A stretch of DNA of 64,000 bases, taken from IMG/VR virus record IMGVR_UViG_3300031539_000002. The stretch is one strand, 5' to 3'. This document shows positions 28,751 to 38,003 of the stretch, piece by piece. The position numbers and the translations under genes were made by a program. The notes beneath the pieces were generated by a model. It saw only the letters and a program-made list of their open reading frames with translations. It was not told the origin of the DNA and ran no database searches. Every line of letters starts with the position of its first letter. Position 1 is the first letter of the stretch. Source of the DNA: a virus.

Positions 28751-29360
28751 CCTTCTTGAAATCGTCAATTTCGACAGCACGGTGAAGCAAACTCGCCGAG
28801 GAGCCGCAGCCCCTCTCATGATGGAGTTCCAAGTCAACGCCGAGCTCGCCCCGTTTTTGGTCTCGAGTACCAGGTCGGTCCAGTGGGTGAACAGCACGTC
28901 GGAGACGGGAACCATTCGAGCCGCCATACGCAAGCGACACGGCATCGAGTCCGAAATCATCGCCGCCATTGTCGATGCCGGGCAGCAAGCCGGGTGGGGC
29001 AACGTCCACGATCTCACCTCCGAGGGTGTGCTCAAATGTCTTGAGCACGTCGCGTCCTACGAGCTGGCTCCTTTGGAGATTCTCGTGGCTGAGGATACGA
29101 ACCTTGAGGGTGTCGAGATCCCCAAGGATGTCGGTGTTGTGACGGCCTCGTGGATGCCTCAGAACGCTCTGGCCGTCGTCCCTGTAGACCGCGGCTTCGT
29201 GGGAACACTCGGAACCATCGGCAAACACAAAGCCGTCTGTGTCCTTCACAACCCAAGCCGCGGCATCGCAGTGGCTGCTCGTCTTGAGGAAACTTCGGTG
29301 ACTTCCGCGGAGAAGCCGCCAGAGTCCGCAGGACATGAGACCGCGGAGGTCGAGGCATAG
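28740..29360 (+). CDS. Hypothetical protein
   Basis: In-frame ATG 28740 after GGAGG; abuts the primase gene. Confidence 0.65.
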   Translation: MTASLLEIVNFDSTVKQTRRGAAAPLMMEFQVNAELAPFLVSSTRSVQWVNSTSETGTIRAAIRKRHGIESEIIAAIVDAGQQAGWGNVHDLTSEGVLKCLEHVASYELAPLEILVAEDTNLEGVEIPKDVGVVTASWMPQNALAVVPVDRGFVGTLGTIGKHKAVCVLHNPSRGIAVAARLEETSVTSAEKPPESAGHETAEVEA

Positions 29361-30055
29361 TGGCAGCAAGTGCCCTGTCCGCGTGGCTCGCTGCCGCGCT
29401 CCAGTTGTGCTCCCTCTCAGAGGACGCACGCGACTACCTGATGGGTCGCGGAGCTACCCCCGAGGTCATCGAGCAGTGGAAGCTCGTGACCTTTGAGGCG
29501 CCTCCTGAGCCCTGTCCTGACGAGCGCCTCCACAAGCATTACGGGACGAACTTCGACCGGTTCGAGGGCAAGGTCATCTACCCGCTCTACAGCCCCCGAG
29601 GACGACTCCTGGGTTTTGACAGCCGCACGCCCTACGCCAAGGACGACGACCGTTACCTGCTGCCTGAGAGCCGCTGGAATCCCGTGTGGATCGGCATGCC
29701 GGCGGCGATGCCCGCCATCTGGAAAGGCGCCGACATCATCGTGGTCGAAGGACGGTTCGACGTGTGGGCGATGCTGCACGCCACCACCCGAGGCCAAGCG
29801 GTGCTTGGATCAGGGCCAGCTCACCTGTCCTACAAGCAGACTGAGTTTCTGCGGCGATGGGCTCAGAGCGATGTCTACATGGGATACGACAATGATGCCG
29901 CCGGCAAGAAGGGGATTGCCGACGCGCTCAAGCACCTGGAGATGAAGCGGGTATCGTGCAATGAGCTTCGCTACGGGCGTACTGGAGACGACCCGGGAGC
30001 TATCTGGGATCGTGGCGGCGTTGAGGCTCTTCAGGAAGCATTCCCCCACCTGTAA
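29360..30055 (+). CDS. dnaG: DnaG-type primase catalytic core (TOPRIM), no zinc-binding domain
   Basis: YLMGRG, IYPLY...LLGFDSR, VVEGRFD, YDNDAAGKKG, DDPG. Confidence 0.82.
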   Translation: MAASALSAWLAAALQLCSLSEDARDYLMGRGATPEVIEQWKLVTFEAPPEPCPDERLHKHYGTNFDRFEGKVIYPLYSPRGRLLGFDSRTPYAKDDDRYLLPESRWNPVWIGMPAAMPAIWKGADIIVVEGRFDVWAMLHATTRGQAVLGSGPAHLSYKQTEFLRRWAQSDVYMGYDNDAAGKKGIADALKHLEMKRVSCNELRYGRTGDDPGAIWDRGGVEALQEAFPHL

Positions 30056-30066
30056 AGGAAATCACC

Positions 30067-30633
30067 GTGGATTTTTGGAAAGCCGGCAAAGAAGTCATGA
30101 GCATCGTGCAGAAGCTCATCGCAGATCACCATCCCCATCTCGCGCTCATCGAGAAGGACATCACCGTCGTCTTCAAGGACAAGGCTACGGAGAAGTGCGG
30201 TCTGATCATCCCGGGCAACACGAAGAAGGCGCCTCCGCTGATGCGTGTGCTGACGGACAAGAAGTTCGACTACAAGTTCATCATCGAGCTTGGAGCAGAT
30301 GCTTGGAACGAGCTCGACGACAAGCAACGTGTTGCGCTGCTCGACCATCACATGTGCGCGATGAAGGTCGAAGAGGACGAGAAGGGCGGCGGCGTCAAGT
30401 GCTCGATCCGACCCCCGGACTTCGTCGGCTACAAGGAAGAGGTCGAGCGTCACGGCATGTGGCGCCCGATGGACGACGAGACCCTCTCCATCATCGAGGA
30501 CATGTTCGGCAAGAAGGCCGACGAGCATTCAGCCGAAGTGCGCAAGCGAGTGGCAGATGAGGATGGCCTGAGCGGTGTCCTTGAGGCCCTCAACGATAAC
30601 GAGGAGGGGGATGACGACGACGATGCCGCCTAG
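30067..30633 (+). CDS. Phage metallopeptidase-like protein with degenerate HExxH
   Basis: DYKFIIEL...W..L...QRVALLDHHMCA...PDF..Y.EEVERHG.W resembles phage metallopeptidase-like families. Confidence 0.55.
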   Translation: MDFWKAGKEVMSIVQKLIADHHPHLALIEKDITVVFKDKATEKCGLIIPGNTKKAPPLMRVLTDKKFDYKFIIELGADAWNELDDKQRVALLDHHMCAMKVEEDEKGGGVKCSIRPPDFVGYKEEVERHGMWRPMDDETLSIIEDMFGKKADEHSAEVRKRVADEDGLSGVLEALNDNEEGDDDDDAA

Positions 30634-30685
30634 CGCGCATCGTGAAACTCAGCGATCCCCCAGACTCGCGTAGAACAAGAGCCCC

Positions 30686-32188
30686 GTGAGTCTCGATACC
30701 AAGTACCGCCCTCTCCGCTACGCGGATGTCCTCGGCCAAGATGCGACCATCAAGGTCTGCAAGGAGTATGTGCGCAGTGGGCATGGCTTCCGGCAGTCCT
30801 ACGTCTTCGCAGGCGCTCACGGTGGAGGCAAGACGACGTGCGGCCGCATCCTTGCGCGAGCTCTGTTGTGTGCGGACCCCAAAGAGGGGGAGCCGTGCGA
30901 CGAGTGCCCGTCATGCTTGACGATGCTGGCCGACAAGTCCGAGAACTTCGTAGAGGTTGACGCCGCCACGAACTCAGGCAAGGACGATGTCCGTCGCATT
31001 ACGGAGGAGGCCCAGTTCGGGAGCTTCTCAGGCAAGCGGAAGGTCTACCTGTTCGACGAGTGCCATGAGCTGTCGCGTCAAGCCATGGACGCGATGCTCA
31101 AGCCCCTCGAGGACAATCTCCGGGGTACGCAGGACAAGCAGCTCGTCTGCATCTTCTGTACGACGGAGCCTGAGAAGATGCGGAGCGCTATCCTGTCCAG
31201 GTGCGCGCCCTTGTTCCGTATTCGTCAGAACACCCCTGACGAGATCGCCATCAGGCTCGCGTACATCTGCGAGCATGAGAAGATCGAGCACGACCCGGCA
31301 GTTCTCCCCCTCATCGCAGAAGTGGTGGAGTGCCATGTGCGCGATGCCATCAAAGCGGTCGAGGGGGTGTCGATGCTCGGGCTCGTCAGCCGGGAGAACG
31401 TCACGACGTATCTCCACATGGATGCGAACGCGCTCTATCTCGACGTGCTCGAAAAGATCGGGTTCGACCTGCCTGGCCTGATCCAGACGCTTGAGGAACT
31501 CGATCAGAAAGTTTCGCCAGCCACTTGTTACGAACGCATGGCCGACGTGTGCATGCTTGCGTATCGGCTTGCGAACTTCGGGGCTGCTGCGGTGCCGTCG
31601 TACTGGGAACGGGATCGACTCAAAGCGGCAGGAGATCTCCATCGGGAATTTCTGGTGACGTTTGCGAGGAGATTCGCGGAGCGCCCTGCGCACTCCTCCG
31701 CGGCCATGTTCGCCTGCGATGTTTCGACCCTTCACCAGGAGCGTGCGGGCATCGTTGTGGTCGCACAGCGCAGTGAGGTGGCCGTACCGACGGCCGTAGC
31801 CCCTCCAGCCGCGCCTGCGAGTCAGCCAGTCTCGGCTCCGGCATCCGAAGTTTCACGAAGGGATCCTCCTCCCGCCGCGGAGCCGCCTTCCGCGCCTATC
31901 GAACCATCACCGAGCCCGACGCAAGAAAAGGCGTCGGTAGTTGAAATTCAAACGCCGAGTCCGGGTAGGGTGCATGCGGACCCGGTCGTGACCAAGATGG
32001 GAGTCCACATCAACCCGCTCGCGCAAAACACCCATCGAGGCCGTGAAGTTCGGCCGCAGATGGGAGAACTTCCTACTCTTGCGGTAGACGAGTTCGCCAG
32101 GATTCTACAGCGCCGGGTCATTGAGCTGACGGGAGAACAGTCATCCAGTGGCAGACCGGCGAGACTCAACAACGTGGGTAGCTCTTGA
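30686..32188 (+). CDS. dnaX: DNA polymerase III gamma/tau clamp-loader ATPase
   Basis: KYRP..YADVLGQ, GAHGGGKTT, C..PCDECPSC zinc module, EVDAATN, FDECH, ILSRC, Pro/Ala-rich linker. Confidence 0.92.
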   Translation: MSLDTKYRPLRYADVLGQDATIKVCKEYVRSGHGFRQSYVFAGAHGGGKTTCGRILARALLCADPKEGEPCDECPSCLTMLADKSENFVEVDAATNSGKDDVRRITEEAQFGSFSGKRKVYLFDECHELSRQAMDAMLKPLEDNLRGTQDKQLVCIFCTTEPEKMRSAILSRCAPLFRIRQNTPDEIAIRLAYICEHEKIEHDPAVLPLIAEVVECHVRDAIKAVEGVSMLGLVSRENVTTYLHMDANALYLDVLEKIGFDLPGLIQTLEELDQKVSPATCYERMADVCMLAYRLANFGAAAVPSYWERDRLKAAGDLHREFLVTFARRFAERPAHSSAAMFACDVSTLHQERAGIVVVAQRSEVAVPTAVAPPAAPASQPVSAPASEVSRRDPPPAAEPPSAPIEPSPSPTQEKASVVEIQTPSPGRVHADPVVTKMGVHINPLAQNTHRGREVRPQMGELPTLAVDEFARILQRRVIELTGEQSSSGRPARLNNVGSS

Positions 32189-32681
32189 GCTAACGCGAAA
32201 TGGCGAGAAACTCGTCGAAGAAGGCACTCTCGCTCGAGACCTGCGAAGGGCTCTTGATGTCGAGGAGACGTGGCCCGTCTTCATCCCTGCGCGCATCTAC
32301 GAGAAAAAGGGCCGCAGCGTCACCATCCATTTGATGGAGGGCTACGCCTTCGTGGCCACCGGCCTCGATGAGGTGCGCTATTTCCGTCTCGAGTACTCGA
32401 AACTCGTGACTCAGGTGCTCTCTGAGAAGAAGGGGTCGCAGGCGATACGGGTGTTGTCCACCATCTCCGACGCCCGAATTACCGAACTTCGCCGCCAGCT
32501 CAACGAAGAGGTTGCCTCTGACATTGTGCCGGGCATGGAGGTTTTGGTAACTGACGGAATTTACAGTAAGCTCGAGGGCACTGTTCTCGACGTTGAGGGC
32601 GATTATGCGATCGTCCGCTTTGAGCTACGTTCCCTCAAGGTCCTGTCCAAGGTCCCTAAGGTCTTTTTGGACACCGTGTGA
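32148..32681 (+). CDS. nusG: NusG-family transcription elongation/antitermination factor
   Basis: NGN domain (WVAL...VFIP...LMEGYAFV) plus KOW domain (PGMEVLVTDGIYSKLEGTV). Confidence 0.8.
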   Translation: MADRRDSTTWVALELTRNGEKLVEEGTLARDLRRALDVEETWPVFIPARIYEKKGRSVTIHLMEGYAFVATGLDEVRYFRLEYSKLVTQVLSEKKGSQAIRVLSTISDARITELRRQLNEEVASDIVPGMEVLVTDGIYSKLEGTVLDVEGDYAIVRFELRSLKVLSKVPKVFLDTV

Positions 32682-32687
32682 GATTCA

Positions 32688-33299
32688 ATGTCAAGTGTAT
32701 GGGCTGATTGCCGTTCTGTAGATCCCTCCGAACTCGAAAGCCGCGTAAGCGTGGCTGACAACATGGAGTTCCTTGGACAGATTCTGTCTGAGGAGCCCAC
32801 CGAAGAATCCATTCGGAATTTGGAACGGGTTCGCGACATCATGTTGGAGCTGCCCCTTCGGGAAGCGGACTTCGTCGAACTCTACTTCTTCAACCACAAG
32901 ACGCAGACCGACATCGCGGAGATCTTCCGAGTCAGCCAGCCGACCGTTTGCTACCGGCTCCAGCGAGCTACGGCTCGCATCCGGTTTGTTCTCAGTTTGC
33001 CGGACATCTCCGAAGCTGAGATGGAGATCGCGCTCCGCGGCTTCTTGGGTGACGAGGAGGATGTGGAGATCATGATGCGGATGTACGAGACGACCTGTCA
33101 GAGTGCCGTCGCCAAGGCGATGGAGATCACTCAGGGCAAGGTGCGTCATCGGTTCATGCGGTCAACGAAGCGGATGCTCGAAAACCCGCAGATGCAGCAA
33201 TATGCGAAGATTTTCCAAGCCATTGCGGAAAACTTGAACATCATGCGGGAAGTGGATCGGCCGAAGTGGGACGAGAAGGTCCATTTCGTCGTGGACTGA
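32688..33299 (+). CDS. Sigma-70 region-4-like tandem HTH transcription factor
   Basis: LPLREADFVELYFFNHKTQTDIAEIFRVSQPTVCYRL and a second HTH QSAVAKAMEITQGKVRHRF. Confidence 0.72.
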   Translation: MSSVWADCRSVDPSELESRVSVADNMEFLGQILSEEPTEESIRNLERVRDIMLELPLREADFVELYFFNHKTQTDIAEIFRVSQPTVCYRLQRATARIRFVLSLPDISEAEMEIALRGFLGDEEDVEIMMRMYETTCQSAVAKAMEITQGKVRHRFMRSTKRMLENPQMQQYAKIFQAIAENLNIMREVDRPKWDEKVHFVVD

Positions 33300-33310
33300 C
33301 GTTGGAGGCC

Positions 33311-33334
33311 GGTTTTCGTCCTATCTCAGCCCTT
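33311..33334 (+). promoter_or_regulatory. Putative late promoter motif GGTTTTCG-N3-TAT...CCCTT
   Basis: GGTTTTCGTCCTATCTCAGCCCTT; recurs at 37169 and 46760. Confidence 0.55.
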
Positions 33335-33354
33335 GAGGTAGGAGCCATCCATCC

Positions 33355-34137
33355 ATGTCTCGTTTCGGAAAAATAGCAGCAAGCGCGCTTATCGTCCTTC
33401 CGATCGCCCTCGGCGGGTGCAGGCCCACAAAAGGCACCGCCAATCCCGAGGACTACTTCCCCCTGATCCAGGTGGCCCTTGCCGGTGGCGAGACGGCCGC
33501 CATGATTGGCCGAAACGAGGCATTCAAGGCCAAGAACTTCGAGGGATGTGTGGCCGCCGAGTCCCTGGTCTCGGCGTTCGACAGTGCCAACCAAGTCTTG
33601 GCCGGCCGGCTTTCGGATCAGATTGTGATCCCCGCTGTTGAGATTGACGTGTCGGATTGTCTCGCTCTTCGTGAGTCCTCCGATGTGGAGGAAGCGGCCA
33701 AGGTGACCACGTATTCCACGATGGTCGCGGGCTATGTTGCCCCGGTGAGCGACGCCAACCCCGAGGGTGCTGACCCGGCCCCGACGGAAGAGACCACGAC
33801 CGAGGAAGCTCTGGCCGAAGAAGCGGCTCCCGTGGAGGAGGCTCCGGCCGAAGAAGCGGCTCCTGTGGAGGAAGCTCCGGCCGAGCCCGAAGCCCTCAAA
33901 GGGAACCCGGACGCCGCCATGCTCGTCGAAACCATCGGTGGCATCACCATCATGGCTGTCCTGCATTACGCCACGAGGCTGCAGACCGCGAACTGTAAGA
34001 AGGGCACTGCTGCAATCGGTGCCATCAACTACGTCGGAGGAATGATCAAGCCGATCGCCGATGAGATCGCCGATCCCGACGGAAAGGTGTCGGTCCCTGC
34101 CGTCGCCATCGACCTGAGTGAATGTCAGGGGGGCTAG
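33355..34137 (+). CDS. Putative lipoprotein
   Basis: Basic N-terminus, hydrophobic stretch and lipobox-like LGGC; AGGAG upstream. Confidence 0.7.
   Translation: MSRFGKIAASALIVLPIALGGCRPTKGTANPEDYFPLIQVALAGGETAAMIGRNEAFKAKNFEGCVAAESLVSAFDSANQVLAGRLSDQIVIPAVEIDVSDCLALRESSDVEEAAKVTTYSTMVAGYVAPVSDANPEGADPAPTEETTTEEALAEEAAPVEEAPAEEAAPVEEAPAEPEALKGNPDAAMLVETIGGITIMAVLHYATRLQTANCKKGTAAIGAINYVGGMIKPIADEIADPDGKVSVPAVAIDLSECQGG
33802..33885 (+). repeat. 33-bp tandem repeat (about 2.5 copies) encoding EEA(L/P)AEEAAPV
   Basis: Units at 33802, 33835 and a partial copy at 33868. Confidence 0.85.
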
Positions 34138-34166
34138 CCGACCAACCAACAGGCTACGGGAACACC

Positions 34167-34472
34167 ATGTCCGATAAACCATCAGCGCGCCGGGTCGTCA
34201 TGACCAAGAAGGTGGCCCGGCAGTGGCTGCTTGCTCAGGCGAAGCCAGAGTACCGCTTTCGGGTGTTCAATCCGAACGCGAAGGATTATCCCTCGGTGCT
34301 CCGTTCTTTTCGTGACGGTAAGCTCAGACTTGCTTCCGTCGAACCCCTTCCCGACCTCGGAGTCAGTGAAGACTTCGAGGGCTTTTACGTCTGGTCCTCC
34401 GATCGCGACTCCTTGAAGACCTTGGAGCGTTGGTTCGTGAGACGCGGGCTGGAGACGAACTGGATTTGGTGA
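34167..34472 (+). CDS. Hypothetical protein
   Basis: ATG 34167; N-terminal KKVARQWLL motif. Confidence 0.65.
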   Translation: MSDKPSARRVVMTKKVARQWLLAQAKPEYRFRVFNPNAKDYPSVLRSFRDGKLRLASVEPLPDLGVSEDFEGFYVWSSDRDSLKTLERWFVRRGLETNWIW

Positions 34473-34473
34473 G

Positions 34474-34917
34474 ATGTCGGGTGTTCGAACGCGCATCAAG
34501 AGTTGCTTCACGTACATGGTGCGGATCAATGATCCGTGCAACCCGTCGTGGATGTTCACCATTGACGTCAACCAAGATGGCACTTGCGGCGTCAGCAGCA
34601 TCAAGTCACCCAACGGCAGCATTTGCGATTCAAACACGCAAATTCCCGGGTGCGTCCTCGACGAGATTAACGCCGCGAAGGCGGATGTGGAGAACATCTT
34701 GGCACAGTCGAGCGCAGTAAACGGAACCCTGACTTTCACTGACGAGACGACGCAGTCGATCGTCTTTGCCACGCCGTTCGCCAACACGAACTATCGCGTG
34801 TACGTGACGCTCGAGGACTTCTTCGACTGGAGGATCGTCAACAAGACCACCGTCGGCTTCGACATCGAACTCAACATCACCTACACGGGAACGGTTCAGT
34901 ACGACGTGTTCGTCTAG
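34474..34917 (+). CDS. Putative virion protein with C-terminal beta domain shared with next gene
   Basis: IVFATPF...YRVYV...KTTVGFDI resembles the C-terminus of 34927-36537. Confidence 0.6.
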   Translation: MSGVRTRIKSCFTYMVRINDPCNPSWMFTIDVNQDGTCGVSSIKSPNGSICDSNTQIPGCVLDEINAAKADVENILAQSSAVNGTLTFTDETTQSIVFATPFANTNYRVYVTLEDFFDWRIVNKTTVGFDIELNITYTGTVQYDVFV

Positions 34918-34926
34918 GAGCAAGCC

Positions 34927-36537
34927 ATGGCCGTCCAACCTCCATTCAGAAGCGACGCGTTCCAAGTCGAGAACGCAGACGCCCCCGTCGGCCCCCGCCT
35001 GCTCGAGGCAGACCTCAGCGACGGTTCGTTGCGGTTCACAGACCCGCGCATTCCGACCGGCATCAACCTCTCCGAGCTCGCAGGACTCCAGCAGCTCAAC
35101 AGCACCATCGTCGTCTCCCAGACGGGCGTAGGCGCCTCAAAGGACGCTAGCGGCGATCCCATCACCACCATCCAAGGTGGCCTGGATGCGGTGCCCGACA
35201 GCGCTGATGTTGACGATCCTTGGACCGTGTTCGTGGCCCCAGGCCTGTACGTCGAGGATGTGTATTTCCTCAAGGATGGCGTCACCCTACAAGGTCTCGG
35301 CACTGTTCGCCTGACCAACGCTTCGGGCGTTTCCACTCTCAGGATGCGTGCGGGGGTTTCGACCGTTCCGCGGCGCGTCATGGTCCGCTCGATGCGGATT
35401 GAAAACACGACTGCGGCGCAGGCGTGCATCGACATTGGGAGTGCGACCTTCGCTTCGGGAACCATCACGATTGCGTCGGTCCCGACCATCGGGGACATCG
35501 CTGGGACGGGGGGCGTCAACCTTACGGCCGTGGCCAACGGCGCGGTCCCTGCTCCTGGTGAATTTGAGCTGGGCACCGACACGGCGACCACGGCGACGAA
35601 CTTGGCTGCGGCCCTCAACGATCCGGTCAACGGCCTCACGGGCATCGTGGTGGCTACCGTGGTGGGTTCTGTCGTCACCATTCGCGCACTCGCGGACGGT
35701 GTGGCAGGCAACGCCATCACGCTCTCGAGCACGGTGGCCCTGGTCATCGTGGTTTCGGGGCCGACTCTCACGGGTGGGGCTGCGAGCTCGGCAGGTTCGA
35801 CTGTTGGCAACAATCTGATCCAGGTCATCGACTGCGATCTGGTGCCTACGGTGGGCGCGAGTTTCACATTGCGTGCTGCGGCCATCAACAATCTCTACGT
35901 CGAAGGTGGCAACTGGACTGAGGCTGCGACCGGTTCCGTGTTCAGCGTGACCGATTGCGCGGCCTGCAACTTGAACAACGTCGAGATCGAAGGAGCGGCT
36001 CTCAACTACGACAGCGCCAATCCTGATCTTCCTTTCCTCGGCACGTCTGCCTACGAGATGAACGACGTGTCGATCGGCGGCACGGGACTCCTTGCGGGCT
36101 ATTCGGGTGTTGGGAGTCTGACTTTGACGGAGTGTGACGTGGTCGGAGCCACGACATACAGTGGAGGCGCCCCGGCACAGAGTTTCACAGCTCGACGGTG
36201 CTCTTTCGGTGCGATGGTCGTTGGCGGGGTTGCCCCGGCAATGGTCCTCAGCAGTTGCACTCGAGGAACCCTTGCGGGAGGCGGCACCGGTACCCTGGCT
36301 GAAACGACGGTGTTCGGGTCGGCTGTTTTCGCTGCGGTTCCTGTGGTGACAGTGCCTTTTGCGGAGCCTCAGCCCGACCTTGCTTACACGGTGCTGTTGG
36401 AGCCTGAGGGGCCCCCCGCAGCCATCACGGATCTTGCTTTCGTGCCGAGCCCCGCGAAGACGGCCACAGGCTTTGACATTGCGTTCGGAGCCCCGCAGGC
36501 ATTGACCATCAACTTCGTCGTCAAGCGCGACATCTAG
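34927..36537 (+). CDS. Virion structural / fibre-like protein (beta-helix-like)
   Basis: G/A/T/V-rich; TTIQGGLDA..VFVAPGLYVE beta-helix entry motif; TATNLAAALN...VVTIRA insertion; AGGAG RBS. Confidence 0.65.
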   Translation: MAVQPPFRSDAFQVENADAPVGPRLLEADLSDGSLRFTDPRIPTGINLSELAGLQQLNSTIVVSQTGVGASKDASGDPITTIQGGLDAVPDSADVDDPWTVFVAPGLYVEDVYFLKDGVTLQGLGTVRLTNASGVSTLRMRAGVSTVPRRVMVRSMRIENTTAAQACIDIGSATFASGTITIASVPTIGDIAGTGGVNLTAVANGAVPAPGEFELGTDTATTATNLAAALNDPVNGLTGIVVATVVGSVVTIRALADGVAGNAITLSSTVALVIVVSGPTLTGGAASSAGSTVGNNLIQVIDCDLVPTVGASFTLRAAAINNLYVEGGNWTEAATGSVFSVTDCAACNLNNVEIEGAALNYDSANPDLPFLGTSAYEMNDVSIGGTGLLAGYSGVGSLTLTECDVVGATTYSGGAPAQSFTARRCSFGAMVVGGVAPAMVLSSCTRGTLAGGGTGTLAETTVFGSAVFAAVPVVTVPFAEPQPDLAYTVLLEPEGPPAAITDLAFVPSPAKTATGFDIAFGAPQALTINFVVKRDI

Positions 36538-36548
36538 GAGAAGACGCC

Positions 36549-37124
36549 ATGTCCCACGATGATGACTTTTGGACACAACTGACCCTCGGGCAGCAGAGCA
36601 ACACCGCGTCTGCGCTCGATGACTACCTGTCGGGCCGTGAGGCCGACGCACAGAACGCGGGGCTCCGTGCCCTCACCGACAAGGGGCGAGCAGCAAACGC
36701 TCTCCTGTTGCCGGCAGAGGCTGGCACGAGGGTGTCGTTCGTGACCAACATCGGCAGTGTCTTGTCGTATCCCGATCCTCCGGCCCCGGATGCCGAAGGC
36801 ACCATCGTCATGGTCCGTACGGCGGAAGGAGACCAGACAAGTTTGGGGGGGATGGCTTTCGTGAAGTTTGACGAAGGCCAGTTCATGGTGATCCACCCGG
36901 AGCATCTGCGTCGAGCGGCTCCGAACACGAAGCGCGCCAACAGTTTTGCGAGGCGTGTGTCAAATCTGGGGGACCTGGGCGGGTTTTTGCGGTGGGGCAC
37001 CGAGGACGACAACGAGCTCGTCCACAAGGCCACGAAGGACCTGTGGTCCTTTGAGAGCACCGATGGCGGGGACTTCGTGATCTCTCGTTTGTTTGACGAT
37101 ACGGGCTCCCCACTCAAGGTCTAA
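36549..37124 (+). CDS. Hypothetical (probable virion) protein
   Basis: 191 aa; AGGAG RBS. Confidence 0.7.
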   Translation: MSHDDDFWTQLTLGQQSNTASALDDYLSGREADAQNAGLRALTDKGRAANALLLPAEAGTRVSFVTNIGSVLSYPDPPAPDAEGTIVMVRTAEGDQTSLGGMAFVKFDEGQFMVIHPEHLRRAAPNTKRANSFARRVSNLGDLGGFLRWGTEDDNELVHKATKDLWSFESTDGGDFVISRLFDDTGSPLKV

Positions 37125-37168
37125 CAGGGGCGCCACTTGCGCCCGCCTCCAATCGCCTCAACGGGCGT

Positions 37169-37193
37169 GGTTTTCGCCTTATAGGCATCCCTT
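37169..37193 (+). promoter_or_regulatory. Putative late promoter motif
   Basis: GGTTTTCGCCTTATAGGCATCCCTT in an intergenic gap. Confidence 0.55.
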
Positions 37194-37208
37194 GACAGGA
37201 AGTTCGCT

Positions 37209-38003
37209 GTGCCCACACCCGACCCTAAACGCGTCGCCGCGACGTATCTGGCCCATCAGCAAATCAAAACTGCTGGCGAGGTCATTTTCAAGAAGGACCG
37301 GAGTGGGGATGTTGATTCGTGGGCCTACACCGATGTCCCGCCTTCGATGCGGGAGATCCCTCGAGACTTCAACTACGCGCCCAAGCATCAGAAGCCGTTG
37401 GCTCAGGTCTTGAGGTCCACGCTGGCCGCGCTCGGCTACGTGCTGATGGCCTACAACCGGTTCGCCAAGCTCAAGTCTTCCCGTCTCAGCCCCGATGGAA
37501 ACCTCGGAGGCCGTGGCTACATTCAGAAGATCCAAGACATGCGCAAGCAGTACATGAACTGTGTTGAGGCGCTGTCTGCTCTTTCCGACACGGTGCATGA
37601 CGAGATCAACGCTCCGCACTGGGCCCTCATGTCGCGTCAAGAAGATGATGAGGGGAAGAACGAAGTGTCGCAGCTCATTGAGGAAGCACAGGTCATCCGC
37701 GAGGACCCCCAAGAATGGGCCGAGCAGGAGACCGGTGAGTCGGTCGCTGACGAAGAGAACAAAGACGACGAGGAAGAAGAAGTCGTCGTGGAGGAGGGAT
37801 TCGGTGAGTCGATGGCCGGAGGTAAGGACGAGCGCACCAAGAAGAACGAGTCCAACCCCGCCGCGTGGATGAATCCTCCCGCACCCTCCGGGAACAAGAT
37901 GGCTTCCCACAAATCGGCCCGAGACATTCGCCTCGCTCTCGCAGTGGGTCGCATTGCCCAAAAGTGGGCTACCAACCAAGAGATCGAGGGAGGGCAAAAC
38001 TGA
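37209..38003 (+). CDS. Hypothetical head-region protein with RVA/KTA leader
   Basis: N-terminal PKRVAATYLAHQQIKTA and C-terminal GRIAQKW. Confidence 0.7.
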   Translation: MPTPDPKRVAATYLAHQQIKTAGEVIFKKDRSGDVDSWAYTDVPPSMREIPRDFNYAPKHQKPLAQVLRSTLAALGYVLMAYNRFAKLKSSRLSPDGNLGGRGYIQKIQDMRKQYMNCVEALSALSDTVHDEINAPHWALMSRQEDDEGKNEVSQLIEEAQVIREDPQEWAEQETGESVADEENKDDEEEEVVVEEGFGESMAGGKDERTKKNESNPAAWMNPPAPSGNKMASHKSARDIRLALAVGRIAQKWATNQEIEGGQN

